64,000 nucleotides of DNA from Candidatus Ghiorseimicrobium undicola (GCA_002796125.1 PCWA01000035.1:457-64456); one strand, 5' to 3'; shown: positions 18,535 to 27,678, numbered from the stretch's first letter. The notes: generated by a model not told the origin, from the letters alone. Numbers and translations are program-made.

Positions 18535-19849
18535 GATGCCTATTTTTATAAAATCTAAACAATATTTTAGCCAAGCGCAAAAGGTTATCCCCGGTGGGGT
18601 AAACAGCCCGGTGCGGGCGTTTGGGGCTGTGGGCGGGGAGCCTGTTTTTATTGCTAAGGGCAAGGGGGCTTATATTTGGGATGTTGACGGTAATAAATAC
18701 ATAGATTATGTTTTGTCCTGGGGGCCGATGATTTTGGGGCATGCGGATAGCTTGGTAATAAAAGAAGTTACCAAAACCCTAAAAAATGGCACCAGTTTCG
18801 GCGCGCCTACTAAAAAAGAAACCGACTTAGCAAAGTTAATTAGCGAAATTTATCCTTCAATTGAAAAGGTGCGTCTTGTTTCATCCGGGACAGAGGCGGC
18901 AATGAGCGCAATACGGCTTGCGCGCGGGTATACCGGAAAAGATAAGATAATCAAGTTTGAAGGGTGTTATCATGGCCATTTTGACAGCCTGTTGGTTAAG
19001 GCAGGCTCAGGCCTGGCCACTTTTGGCGTGCCGTCATCCGCCGGCGTAACCAAAGGGATCGCGCAGGACACTATAACCTTGCCATTTAATGATATCGTGA
19101 AAGTAAAAGAGGTTATTGAGAAAGAAAAAGATAATCTTGCCTGCGTAATAGTCGAGCCGGTTCCGGCAAATATGGGCGTTATTTTACCAAGGGATAATTT
19201 TTTAAAAGAACTGCGGGAGATTACGCAAAAGTATAATATCGTTTTAATTTTTGATGAGGTAATCAGCGGTTTTCGTCTAGCCTTAGGCGGGGCGCAGGAA
19301 GTTTTTGGGGTTAAGCCGGATTTAACGGTTTTGGGAAAAATTATCGGAGGCGGATTTCCCATAGGCGCTTTCGGCGGGAAAGCCCAAATAATGGGATATC
19401 TCTCGCCGGGTGGGCCGGTATATCAGGCAGGGACGCTTTCCGGAAATCCTGTGGCGGTAAGCGCGGGCCTTGTCACGATAAAAAAACTCACGAAAAAAAA
19501 CGTATATCGGAAATTAGACGCTATAGCAGAAATACTCATTGGAGAGCTTTGTAAGATAAGCGCGAAAGCAGGGCAGAGGATAGTAATAAACCATATTGGT
19601 TCATTGTTTACAATATTTTTTGCCCCGACGCTTCGGTCGGGGCAGGTTGACAAAAATGTAATCTCTAATTATAATGATGTCTTAAATTGCGACCTTAAAA
19701 AGTTTGCCGGCTTCTTCAGGGGCATGCTTAGGGATGGGGTATATTTGGCGCCTTCGCAGTTTGAGGCAAATTTTATCAGCGCCAAACATATATTGAAGGA
19801 TATTAAAAATACCTTAAGTGCGGCTAAAAAAGTTTTAAGATCGTTGTAA
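18527..19849 (+). CDS. hemL: Glutamate-1-semialdehyde 2,1-aminomutase.
   Basis: Class III aminotransferase with SPVRAF, GTFGAP-like and the PLP-lysine region (VLGKIIGGGFPIGAFGG), about 440 aa. Confidence 0.9.
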   Translation: MNKMPIFIKSKQYFSQAQKVIPGGVNSPVRAFGAVGGEPVFIAKGKGAYIWDVDGNKYIDYVLSWGPMILGHADSLVIKEVTKTLKNGTSFGAPTKKETDLAKLISEIYPSIEKVRLVSSGTEAAMSAIRLARGYTGKDKIIKFEGCYHGHFDSLLVKAGSGLATFGVPSSAGVTKGIAQDTITLPFNDIVKVKEVIEKEKDNLACVIVEPVPANMGVILPRDNFLKELREITQKYNIVLIFDEVISGFRLALGGAQEVFGVKPDLTVLGKIIGGGFPIGAFGGKAQIMGYLSPGGPVYQAGTLSGNPVAVSAGLVTIKKLTKKNVYRKLDAIAEILIGELCKISAKAGQRIVINHIGSLFTIFFAPTLRSGQVDKNVISNYNDVLNCDLKKFAGFFRGMLRDGVYLAPSQFEANFISAKHILKDIKNTLSAAKKVLRSL

Positions 19850-19868
19850 AAACGGAGAGGAGGAAGCT

Positions 19869-20663
19869 GTGGCGCAGGGCTTTAAAAAAATAGTTATCAT
19901 AATATCAATATTGTTTGTTTTGCTTGTAGTTTTTTCAGTTGCCGCTATTGTTTATACCGAGAGGCCGAAATTTTGTATCAGCTGCCATATAATGGACCCT
20001 TATTACGCTTCATGGGAAAAATCCGCGCATAAAGAAGTGAATTGCCTGGAATGCCATTATGAGCCGACATTAACCGCGCATGCCTTAGGCAAGATTAACG
20101 GTTTAGTTCAGGTAGCGCAGTATCTGACTAAGCGGTATTATGGCAGGCCTACGGCTGAAGTCAGCGATGCTTCATGCTTGAGGGGCGGATGCCACCTAAG
20201 AGAAGAGATTGCGGGCAAGGAAATACTTTTTAAAGATAAGATCCGGTTTACGCACGCCAGCCACCTTGAGAGCGTTAAAGGAGGCATTGAGTTGCGCTGT
20301 ACCAGCTGCCATGCGCAAATAACCGATGATGAGCATATCGCCATAGATAAAAATGCCTGTTATATCTGCCACTTTAAAAATGTAAATGCTAAAGAGCTAA
20401 AATTTGAGTGCCTAAAGTGCCACAGTATTAAGGTATCCTCAGGCGAGCATAAGGAGTACGCGGAAAGCCCGATGGCATGTTCGGACTGCCACGGTGAGAT
20501 AAAATTAGGCGATGGAAATGTGCGCGGCCAGATTTGTTTATTTTGTCATGCCGACAAAGAGGCAATAGAAAACATAAAAGACAAAGAATTGATGCATAAA
20601 GCGCATATAAAAGAAAATAAAGTGGATTGCATCAGTTGTCATGATTTTATTGAGCATAAATAA
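19869..20663 (+). CDS. Membrane-anchored NapC/NirT/NrfH-family multiheme cytochrome c (8 CxxCH plus 1 CX4CH); putative quinol dehydrogenase.
   Basis: N-terminal TM followed by FCISCHIMDPYYASWEKSAH, the hallmark of NapC/NirT. Eight CxxCH are counted (CISCH, CLECH, CTSCH, CYICH, CLKCH, CSDCH, CLFCH, CISCH), plus CLRGGCH. Confidence 0.75.
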   Translation: MAQGFKKIVIIISILFVLLVVFSVAAIVYTERPKFCISCHIMDPYYASWEKSAHKEVNCLECHYEPTLTAHALGKINGLVQVAQYLTKRYYGRPTAEVSDASCLRGGCHLREEIAGKEILFKDKIRFTHASHLESVKGGIELRCTSCHAQITDDEHIAIDKNACYICHFKNVNAKELKFECLKCHSIKVSSGEHKEYAESPMACSDCHGEIKLGDGNVRGQICLFCHADKEAIENIKDKELMHKAHIKENKVDCISCHDFIEHK

Positions 20664-20702
20664 TTAACCGGATTATTAGAAAAAAAGAAAGGGGATTTTG
20701 AA

Positions 20703-21233
20703 ATGGCAAAAAAAAGTTTAATTTTAACCATTGGCTTATTGTTTATTTTTTGCGGATTATCCGTAGCCGAAGGAGAGCATAAGTATATCGGTGTTAAGAA
20801 GTGTTCAATGTGCCATCAGTCTGATGCAAAAGGCAACCAGTACAAACAATGGCTCTCTACCGCGCATGCTAAGGCTTATGAAAGATTGGGCAGCCCAGAA
20901 GCTAAAGAAACTGCCGAAAAAGCAGGAGTATCGGGCAATCCTCAAGAAGTAGGCCAATGTTTAAAGTGCCATATAACCGCCTATGGCGCAGATGGAAGCT
21001 TATTAGATTCCGGATTTAAGAAAGAAGACGGTGTGCAGTGCGAAACATGCCATGGAGCAGGAAGCGATTATATGGCAATGAGCGTTATGCAGGATAGGGA
21101 TAAGGCAATTGCCGCGGGCTTGATTATGCCTACGGAAGAGGTCTGCGTTAAATGCCATAATGAAGAAAGCCCGAATTTTAAAGGTTTCAATTTTGACGAG
21201 TATTATCCAAAAATAGCGCACCCAAGGCCGTAA
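20703..21233 (+). CDS. Periplasmic tetraheme cytochrome c.
   Basis: Signal peptide and four CxxCH (CSMCH, CLKCH, CETCH, CVKCH). Confidence 0.75.
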   Translation: MAKKSLILTIGLLFIFCGLSVAEGEHKYIGVKKCSMCHQSDAKGNQYKQWLSTAHAKAYERLGSPEAKETAEKAGVSGNPQEVGQCLKCHITAYGADGSLLDSGFKKEDGVQCETCHGAGSDYMAMSVMQDRDKAIAAGLIMPTEEVCVKCHNEESPNFKGFNFDEYYPKIAHPRP

Positions 21234-21343
21234 TAAAGGCCTTAATAATAAGGATGCAAGCTTGCTGTTGACGGGTTTTTTTGAGATGTTGAATCTTTTA
21301 ATCTGTTGAATCTGCCCCCAGCCGCCTGCATCCGTTTTTAAAA

Positions 21344-22405
21344 ATGTCGATTAAACAAACTAAAATCTGGAAATTTTTTTCATCCATGCAATTGGCAATA
21401 TGGCTATTGGCCGTTATTGCTCTTTTTTCTCTTGTGGGGACCCTGATACCGCAAAATCAGCAGGCCGCTGAATATATTTCGCGCTACGGCCATACGGGTT
21501 ATGAAATTCTCCTAAAAACCGGCCTGCTGAATATGTATTCTTCATGGTGGTTTATTTTTCTTATGGGGTTGCTTTCTTTGAATTTAAGTGTTTGTCTTAT
21601 TAATAGATTTTCGCCGCGCCTGCGCCTTCTCGGGACTTTTTTATCGCATTTCAGCATACTTATGATATTAGCCGGCGCTTTGACAGGAATGTTTTTTGGA
21701 GAAAAGGGCTATGTGCAGATTAAAGAAGGCCAAAGCATAGATTCATTTATCTCCAAAGGAAAACCGGTAGCCTTAAATTTTTCCCTAAAACTGGAAGATT
21801 TTATTTATGAAGAATACATCGATGACGAGGAAAATCTTTTGGTCTATGATAATGAGGGAGCATTGCTTTTAGAGCTCAACGCAGGGGATGATAAAAATAC
21901 CGCAATTGCTGATAGCGGCTACAGCATTAAGATATTGCGCTACGTGCCTGACTTTTCCATGGACTTATCAACAAAGGAAGTCGTAAGCCGGTCACAGGAG
22001 CCGATAAATCCGGCATTGCAGGTTGCGCTTACGGATAAAGATGGCAATTCCGTAGAGTCTTGGGTTTTTGCCCGCTATCCTGATGTCCACATGTCGGCGG
22101 AGAAAAAATTCAATTTTAAATATCAATGGAAGATGCGCAGGCCCAAGGAGTTTATAAGCAGGGTTGCGGTTATAAAAGATAGAGAGATAGTCAGTGAAAA
22201 AGATATAAAGGTAAACAGCCCTTTAAAATACGGCGGCTATGCTTTTTTTCAATCCAGCTATGATAAAGAGAGCTTGGCATGGTCGGGCTTACAAATAGTT
22301 AAGGATCCGGGCGTGCCTATTGTTTATCTGGGTTTTATTTTGCTTATATTTGGGCTGTCGATTATATTTTATGTCAACCCTGCCCTAAGAAGCCGGGCGA
22401 CATAA
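21344..22405 (+). CDS. resB: Cytochrome c biogenesis protein ResB/CcsB (System II), short form.
   Basis: N-terminus KFFSSMQLAIWLLAVIALFSLVGTLIPQ is the conserved ResB start. A periplasmic domain and C-terminal TMs (LWFGLSIIFYV) follow. Confidence 0.75.
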   Translation: MSIKQTKIWKFFSSMQLAIWLLAVIALFSLVGTLIPQNQQAAEYISRYGHTGYEILLKTGLLNMYSSWWFIFLMGLLSLNLSVCLINRFSPRLRLLGTFLSHFSILMILAGALTGMFFGEKGYVQIKEGQSIDSFISKGKPVALNFSLKLEDFIYEEYIDDEENLLVYDNEGALLLELNAGDDKNTAIADSGYSIKILRYVPDFSMDLSTKEVVSRSQEPINPALQVALTDKDGNSVESWVFARYPDVHMSAEKKFNFKYQWKMRRPKEFISRVAVIKDREIVSEKDIKVNSPLKYGGYAFFQSSYDKESLAWSGLQIVKDPGVPIVYLGFILLIFGLSIIFYVNPALRSRAT

Positions 22406-22454
22406 AGTTTAATCCGGAGTCAATTCGCACCGCCTTCAGCGGTGCCCATTGAAT

Positions 22455-22581
22455 AATAACAATATCCCTTGCCTAAGCATCGGGGTAAATCTCTTTGATA
22501 TTTACCCCGATAGGCTGCGGGATCAATTCGCGCAAATAACTTACGTCGCTCTTCGAGCTCCGTAAGTTATGCGCTCATTGA
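22455..22581 (+). repeat. Copy 1 of a structured intergenic repeat element, ending 9 nt before the ccsA start codon.
   Basis: Core cccttgcctaaRcatcggggtaaat-ctctttgat-atttaccccgataggctgcggg, followed by a second hairpin (aacttacg...cgtaagtt) and a ctcattga terminus. Shared with 39497-39607 and 46585-46768. Confidence 0.8.
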
Positions 22582-22590
22582 GGTGATAAA

Positions 22591-23361
22591 ATGCTTCCCG
22601 TATACTTAAATATCAGTTTTGCCGCGTATTTTTTATCAATGTTTTTTTATTTCGCGGCTTTATTTTTTAAACATAAAGCCTTGTCTCTGGCCGCGAGGAT
22701 TTTCTTGTGCCTTGGGGTTGCGGGTTTGACGGCTTATATGCTGCTGCGTTGGCAAGTAGCGCAAAGGCCGCCACTTTCTAATATGTTTGAGTCTGTGGTA
22801 TTGTTTGCTTGGGTGGTGGGCCTGGCAGGATTTTTTATCGATATGCGCTACAGGCTTAAGATTCTGGCAGCATTAGTTTCAGCCTTGAGCCTATTAACGC
22901 TCGGTATCAGTTTTTTATTGGATAAAGAGATAGTACCTTTATTGCCTGCTTTAAAAAGTAATTGGCTTACTATTCACGTATTAACATGTTTTATCGGTTA
23001 TGCCGCCTTGACCGTTGGTTTTGTGGCTAGCGTTGTTTTGTTGTTAACTGATGAAAAAACAGATATCTTGGATGCCATAAGCCATAAAACAATCGCCTTT
23101 GGATTTTTATTTCTGACATTAGGTATTGTAAGCGGAGCGGTCTGGGCAAATTCGGCCTGGGGTACATATTGGAGCTGGGACCCGAAAGAGACATGGTCAT
23201 TGATTACCTGGTTTATATACGCGATATACCTGCATGCGCGGTTCAGAAGAGGCTGGAAAGGGAAAAAAGCCGCCTGGTTTTCTATTATTGGGTTTTTGGC
23301 TATGTTATTTACTTATTTTGGAGTAAACTATTTATTGAGAGGGCTGCATAGTTATGCCTAG
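22591..23361 (+). CDS. ccsA: Cytochrome c-type biogenesis protein CcsA/ResC (heme-handling, System II).
   Basis: WWD-domain signature WANSAWGTYWSWDPKETWSLITW, conserved His residues and eight TMs. Confidence 0.9.
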   Translation: MLPVYLNISFAAYFLSMFFYFAALFFKHKALSLAARIFLCLGVAGLTAYMLLRWQVAQRPPLSNMFESVVLFAWVVGLAGFFIDMRYRLKILAALVSALSLLTLGISFLLDKEIVPLLPALKSNWLTIHVLTCFIGYAALTVGFVASVVLLLTDEKTDILDAISHKTIAFGFLFLTLGIVSGAVWANSAWGTYWSWDPKETWSLITWFIYAIYLHARFRRGWKGKKAAWFSIIGFLAMLFTYFGVNYLLRGLHSYA

Positions 23362-24205
23362 AGCGTTTGGAGTCAAAAATACTATAATTTTAATTTTTAT
23401 ATGTGCTTTTATTTTTCCGGCGCTTTCCTTTAGCGCGCTTGTATTTGCGCAGGAGAGCGAATTTAAGGAAAAATGCCGCTCCTGCCATAAGGAGGTTTTG
23501 GATAAATGGGATATGTCAGCTATAAAGCATTATCCTTATCGTGAAGGAAAGTGTGAGTCTTGTCATGCGGCAGAGCACAAAAAATTTACGGCGGAAGCGG
23601 GCAAGCCATGTTTGATTTGTCATGATTTAACGTCTGAAAAAATAAAGAACAGCCATTTTTCTGTAAATTTAAGTGATGTCGATTGTTTTTCATGCCATTA
23701 TACGCATAGCGCGGAGAAAAAAGGATTATTGAAAGAAAGCGTGCATATGCCGTTCTCTTCCGGCATGTGCGAAATGTGCCATAGCGTTGACGGGGGTAAA
23801 ATAAAAGTAAAAGATATGACTAAAAAATCGTGCCTTGCCTGTCATGGTACTTTGGTAAGCAAGGACGATTCAGTTAAGCATATGGGCTATGAAATGCAGG
23901 AATGTGTGGATTGTCACAATCCACATACTTCAAGCCACGAAAAACTTTTAAAAAGCTCTGTTTCTGAGAACTGCTTTCAATGTCATGATAGAGAACAGGC
24001 TAAGAAGCACCCATACGATGTTAGCGTATCTTCGCGTATTTTAAATAATATGCTTGACAAAGATAAGAAAATATGGTTAACTTATAGCAACAAAATAAGT
24101 TGTACGAGCTGTCATCTTCCGCATTCCGCAAGGATCCCATTTTTGCTGAGAGATTCTCTTGATCAGGGGGAGCTTTGCAATCATTGTCATATAAAAAGTA
24201 AGTAA
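23354..24205 (+). CDS. Decaheme cytochrome c (periplasmic/membrane-associated).
   Basis: N-terminal hydrophobic segment and ten CxxCH in 283 aa. Confidence 0.8.
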   Translation: MPRAFGVKNTIILIFICAFIFPALSFSALVFAQESEFKEKCRSCHKEVLDKWDMSAIKHYPYREGKCESCHAAEHKKFTAEAGKPCLICHDLTSEKIKNSHFSVNLSDVDCFSCHYTHSAEKKGLLKESVHMPFSSGMCEMCHSVDGGKIKVKDMTKKSCLACHGTLVSKDDSVKHMGYEMQECVDCHNPHTSSHEKLLKSSVSENCFQCHDREQAKKHPYDVSVSSRILNNMLDKDKKIWLTYSNKISCTSCHLPHSARIPFLLRDSLDQGELCNHCHIKSK

Positions 24206-24222
24206 AGTAGAGGAGTGAAAGC

Positions 24223-25221
24223 ATGGAAAAGAGAAATATTTTTTTTGAAAGATTAGTGAAATTTTTCACGGTGATACTTTTCACTATTTGTTCGCTATTT
24301 TTTGTCGGTTTTCTGCCATCTTTTTGCGAGTCTGCCCCTTCGGGGAAAATAACACATAAATACTTATTTGAGATAAAACCCGATGCAAATAAAATCGGCG
24401 CTTTAAACCAGCCGGCAGATATAGCGGTTGACGTATCAGGTAATTTATATGCTGCTGATACGGTAAATAGCCGCATAGTAGTTTTTGATGCCTCGGGAAA
24501 TGCTAAATTCGCTTTCGGCAGGCATGGAACCGGAAAGGAAGAATTAAGCGCTCCTATGGCTTTAACCGTTGATTCAAAAAATAAAAAGGTTTATGTGGCT
24601 GATTCTTCAAATTACCGCATACAGATATTTAAGACCGACGGCATTTTTCTATCATCCATTGATTTGAATAAAGATAAGACTGGCGAAGAAAAAGATGTGC
24701 GCCCCATAGGGATTGCCGTAGCCGGAGGCGGCAACATCTATGTATCCGATGCGGATAATAACTATATCCGTATATATTCTTCGGATGGTAAATTTTTATC
24801 GAAATTCGGCGGATTTGGATCGGAGAACGGCAAGTTCTGCATACCGGTAGGCTTATTTGTAGATGCGGATGATAAGTTATACGTAGTGGATATGAATAAT
24901 TCCCGGCTGCAGGTTTTTGATAATCAAGGGAATTTTCTATTTAAAATCGGCTCTGCCGGAGACGCAAGAGGCGATTTTGGCAGGCCTAAAGATGTATGCG
25001 TGGATGAGAATGGGTTTATTTATGTTTCTGACGGAGCAAATTTGGTCATCCAGATTTTTGATAAGAACGGTGAATTTATTGACTTAATAGGTGCGGAGAA
25101 AGAAGTTGATTTACAGTTTGCTTCTCCGTTTGGTTTGGCGGTATTAAATGGACGCCTTTATATAACGGACAGATGGAGAAATAGTATCAGAGTTTATGAA
25201 ATTGAGGAGGTGAGTAAATGA
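24223..25221 (+). CDS. NHL-repeat six-bladed beta-propeller protein, secreted.
   Basis: Signal peptide and repeated NHL motifs (YVADSSNYRIQIF, YVSDADNNYIRIY, YVVDMNNSRLQVF, YVSDGANLVIQIF, YITDRWRNSIRVY). Confidence 0.8.
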   Translation: MEKRNIFFERLVKFFTVILFTICSLFFVGFLPSFCESAPSGKITHKYLFEIKPDANKIGALNQPADIAVDVSGNLYAADTVNSRIVVFDASGNAKFAFGRHGTGKEELSAPMALTVDSKNKKVYVADSSNYRIQIFKTDGIFLSSIDLNKDKTGEEKDVRPIGIAVAGGGNIYVSDADNNYIRIYSSDGKFLSKFGGFGSENGKFCIPVGLFVDADDKLYVVDMNNSRLQVFDNQGNFLFKIGSAGDARGDFGRPKDVCVDENGFIYVSDGANLVIQIFDKNGEFIDLIGAEKEVDLQFASPFGLAVLNGRLYITDRWRNSIRVYEIEEVSK

Positions 25222-26318
25222 AAAAGGTTTTTGTTTTGCTGGCGGGGTTTATTTTTGTGGTCGCGGCTTACGGAACAGCCGTAGCCGGTGTTGCCAATAC
25301 CGATCACGATATGTATGCAGAGGGCAAGGGCACAGATCCCAATGTATGCGGTTACTGTCATATTCCGCATAACGCGGTTGGTAATAAAATCTGGTCTGAC
25401 TGGGGTAATGAAGCACAGCTTACATCAGGCCCTTCCAGCCCGATAGGGAACATGTGTTATACCTGCCATGACGGGACAGCAACTAATGCGGGCCAGACTA
25501 CAGTATTCAATACGGCTCTTCAGCAGCATAAAGTAGGCGGGACCGCCGACTGTAATAGTTGCCACACCGTTCATGATAATACTAACGGTAAATTTGTTGG
25601 TATTGTCGCGACTCAGAGCGCAAATACAGAATTTGCCACTTACTGCGAAACTTGCCATGATGCGACTCAGTATCCCGGGGCAGAGATTCACGGTGACCAC
25701 ATTGCAGGCAGTGAGCATCCCTATAAAGATACTGGTGCGTTGCTGGATACCAGCTGTAACGCCTGTCATCAGATGCACGGAGCTGTTAATTACACAACCG
25801 GTTCTTTAACTAATCCGATATTAAAAGCGGATAATACTGATTCGGCGTTTTGCGCCGGATGCCACCCCGCTAAAATACAGGCAACTTCAGGAGCTAATAA
25901 ACATCCTGCTAATTTAACATCGGGAGGGGCTTGGGGTAAGGTTGATTGTCAAGCCTGTCATGACGTGCATCAACCTAATGATCCGGGCAGGCCGTTTGTA
26001 TTACTGGATGATAATGTTGATTCTGCTTATTGCCTTAGTTGTCATGATGCTTCAAGCACGACTAATGGCCCTAAGATTGGAGCCAATAGCCATCCTGTGG
26101 GGGTCGGTTTTAGTGTTACGCCTACGGATCCGACGCTTACTCCTGCCGGAGATGCCATTGATGATAATAACACCGGCGGGCCGGATTATCCGGGAAATAG
26201 TTCGAGCATAGTTTGCGAAAGCTGTCATTCCATACACAGCAAAGGAGTAGCGGCTCCGCTCTTGCGTATTACCGCAGGCGCGGGCACATTATGTATTAAT
26301 TGTCATCCGAACAAATAG
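25218..26318 (+). CDS. Multiheme cytochrome c, paralogue 1 of a tandem family (10 CxxCH).
   Basis: Signal peptide, then HDMY-x-GKGTDPNVCGYCHIPH...KIWSDWGNEAQLTSGPS...IGNMCYTCHDGT, the N-terminal block shared with 26509, 27736 and 28911. Confidence 0.8.
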   Translation: MKKVFVLLAGFIFVVAAYGTAVAGVANTDHDMYAEGKGTDPNVCGYCHIPHNAVGNKIWSDWGNEAQLTSGPSSPIGNMCYTCHDGTATNAGQTTVFNTALQQHKVGGTADCNSCHTVHDNTNGKFVGIVATQSANTEFATYCETCHDATQYPGAEIHGDHIAGSEHPYKDTGALLDTSCNACHQMHGAVNYTTGSLTNPILKADNTDSAFCAGCHPAKIQATSGANKHPANLTSGGAWGKVDCQACHDVHQPNDPGRPFVLLDDNVDSAYCLSCHDASSTTNGPKIGANSHPVGVGFSVTPTDPTLTPAGDAIDDNNTGGPDYPGNSSSIVCESCHSIHSKGVAAPLLRITAGAGTLCINCHPNK

Positions 26319-26347
26319 ATGCAGTAATGTTTTAGATGATAATAGGG

Positions 26348-26377
26348 AAGGGCTACTATTGTTTGATGGTAGCCCTT
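26348..26377 (+). terminator. Hairpin (aagggctac / gtagccctt), a weak Rho-independent terminator candidate between cytochrome paralogues 1 and 2.
   Basis: 9-bp perfect stem with an 11-nt loop, followed by ttccc (short U-tract). A second GC hairpin (cttcggcg...cgccgaag) lies at about 26456-26485. Confidence 0.35.
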
Positions 26378-26508
26378 TTCCCACAAAAAGATTTTAACCC
26401 GCCTTCGCGGAATTCTCCGCCTTGTAAGGCCGGGATGGATAGCTGAGGAATTCCGCTTCGGCGAGGTTTTCGCCGAAGGGAAGAGAAAGATTCTACGCTC
26501 TTACAGGC

Positions 26509-27678
26509 GTGGAGCTTCAAAAAAATTTAATGAAAATTATACATACCGGAATTATTTTGACGTCATCAATTTTTTTATTCTCTATAGCCGATTTGTCTTT
26601 TGCCGGAGTCGCCGGATCCCGGCACGACATGTATTTTTTGAGCAAAGGAACCGACCCTAATCCCTGCGCATACTGCCACATACCGCATAATGCCGCGGGT
26701 GATAAAATCTGGTCTGACTGGGCAAATGAGGCTCAACTCACCAGCGGCCCGTCAACGACCATTGGTAATATGTGCTATACCTGCCATGACGGGACTGCCA
26801 GCTATCGCGGCTTAAATAGCGTATTTAATCTTTCTCTGCAGCAGCATAAAATATCTGCCGGCCGGGATTGCGATATGTGCCACAGTGTGCATGATAACAC
26901 TAACGGGCAATTTATGAATATAGCGGGTAAGCAGAATTCTTATTGTGCCGCCTGTCATGATGCTGCGGTTAATGCCGGAGGGTTAGGCGACCATGTAAGC
27001 TATCCCGCGAATCATCCAAATTGCGGAGGGTGCCATGGAGTATTTGAACTGGATTCATTAGGGGCAAACGGCGATGATGCCAGCTGCCACCTTTGTCATG
27101 CTAAAGCTCACGGCGCGGTAAATTATACGGCAGGATCGATAACTAATCCTATATTAAAATCCAATAATACGGATAGCCAGTATTGCGGGCTTTGCCATCC
27201 GGATTTGGTCCAGGCGAATTCAGGCGGCAGCAAGCATCCGGCCAATACATCAGGCAGTGCTTATGGTAAGATAACATGCCAGTCATGCCATGACCCGCAT
27301 CAGCCCGGGATAACAAACCAGCTGTATCTATTGACGGACAGCAATATAGACTCGCAGATGTGTATTGATTGTCATAACGGTTCCAGCGGCCCGGACATCG
27401 GGCATTCTCATCCTAATCAAGTTAGTTTTGGCACTATTGTTCCTGTAGATGCTTCGCCGCAGACAGGTACCCCTCCGGGTAATCAAATAAATGATAATGA
27501 TTATGATGATGGACATTCGGATCCGGATACTTACCCTGATTATCCCGCTAATTCCGCCAGCATGATATGCGAAACCTGTCATAGCGTGCATCGCAAAGCG
27601 GATAATGCCGGAATAAAACTTTTAAGAATAACCAATACTAATTCGGCATTGTGCTTAAACTGCCACACGGACAAGTAA
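26509..27678 (+). CDS. Multiheme cytochrome c, paralogue 2 (11 CxxCH).
   Basis: Same N-terminal block (SRHDMYFLSKGTDPNPCAYCHIPH...) and shared C-terminus LLRITNTNSALCLNCHTDK. Confidence 0.8.
   Translation: MELQKNLMKIIHTGIILTSSIFLFSIADLSFAGVAGSRHDMYFLSKGTDPNPCAYCHIPHNAAGDKIWSDWANEAQLTSGPSTTIGNMCYTCHDGTASYRGLNSVFNLSLQQHKISAGRDCDMCHSVHDNTNGQFMNIAGKQNSYCAACHDAAVNAGGLGDHVSYPANHPNCGGCHGVFELDSLGANGDDASCHLCHAKAHGAVNYTAGSITNPILKSNNTDSQYCGLCHPDLVQANSGGSKHPANTSGSAYGKITCQSCHDPHQPGITNQLYLLTDSNIDSQMCIDCHNGSSGPDIGHSHPNQVSFGTIVPVDASPQTGTPPGNQINDNDYDDGHSDPDTYPDYPANSASMICETCHSVHRKADNAGIKLLRITNTNSALCLNCHTDK

Noticed and set aside
21234-21343. Candidate terminator (gcaagcttgc palindrome followed by gggttttttt) between the tetraheme cytochrome and resB.
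   Set aside because: The palindrome can only form a 4-bp stem with a 2-nt loop, and the T-run is not preceded by a stable hairpin. Direct repeat gttgaatct x2 noted but function unclear. Not called.
25425-26237. Several 60-117 aa ORFs on both strands inside cytochrome paralogue 1.
   Set aside because: Overlap a strongly supported multiheme cytochrome CDS. Their translations are low-complexity (R/I/L-rich) without motifs.
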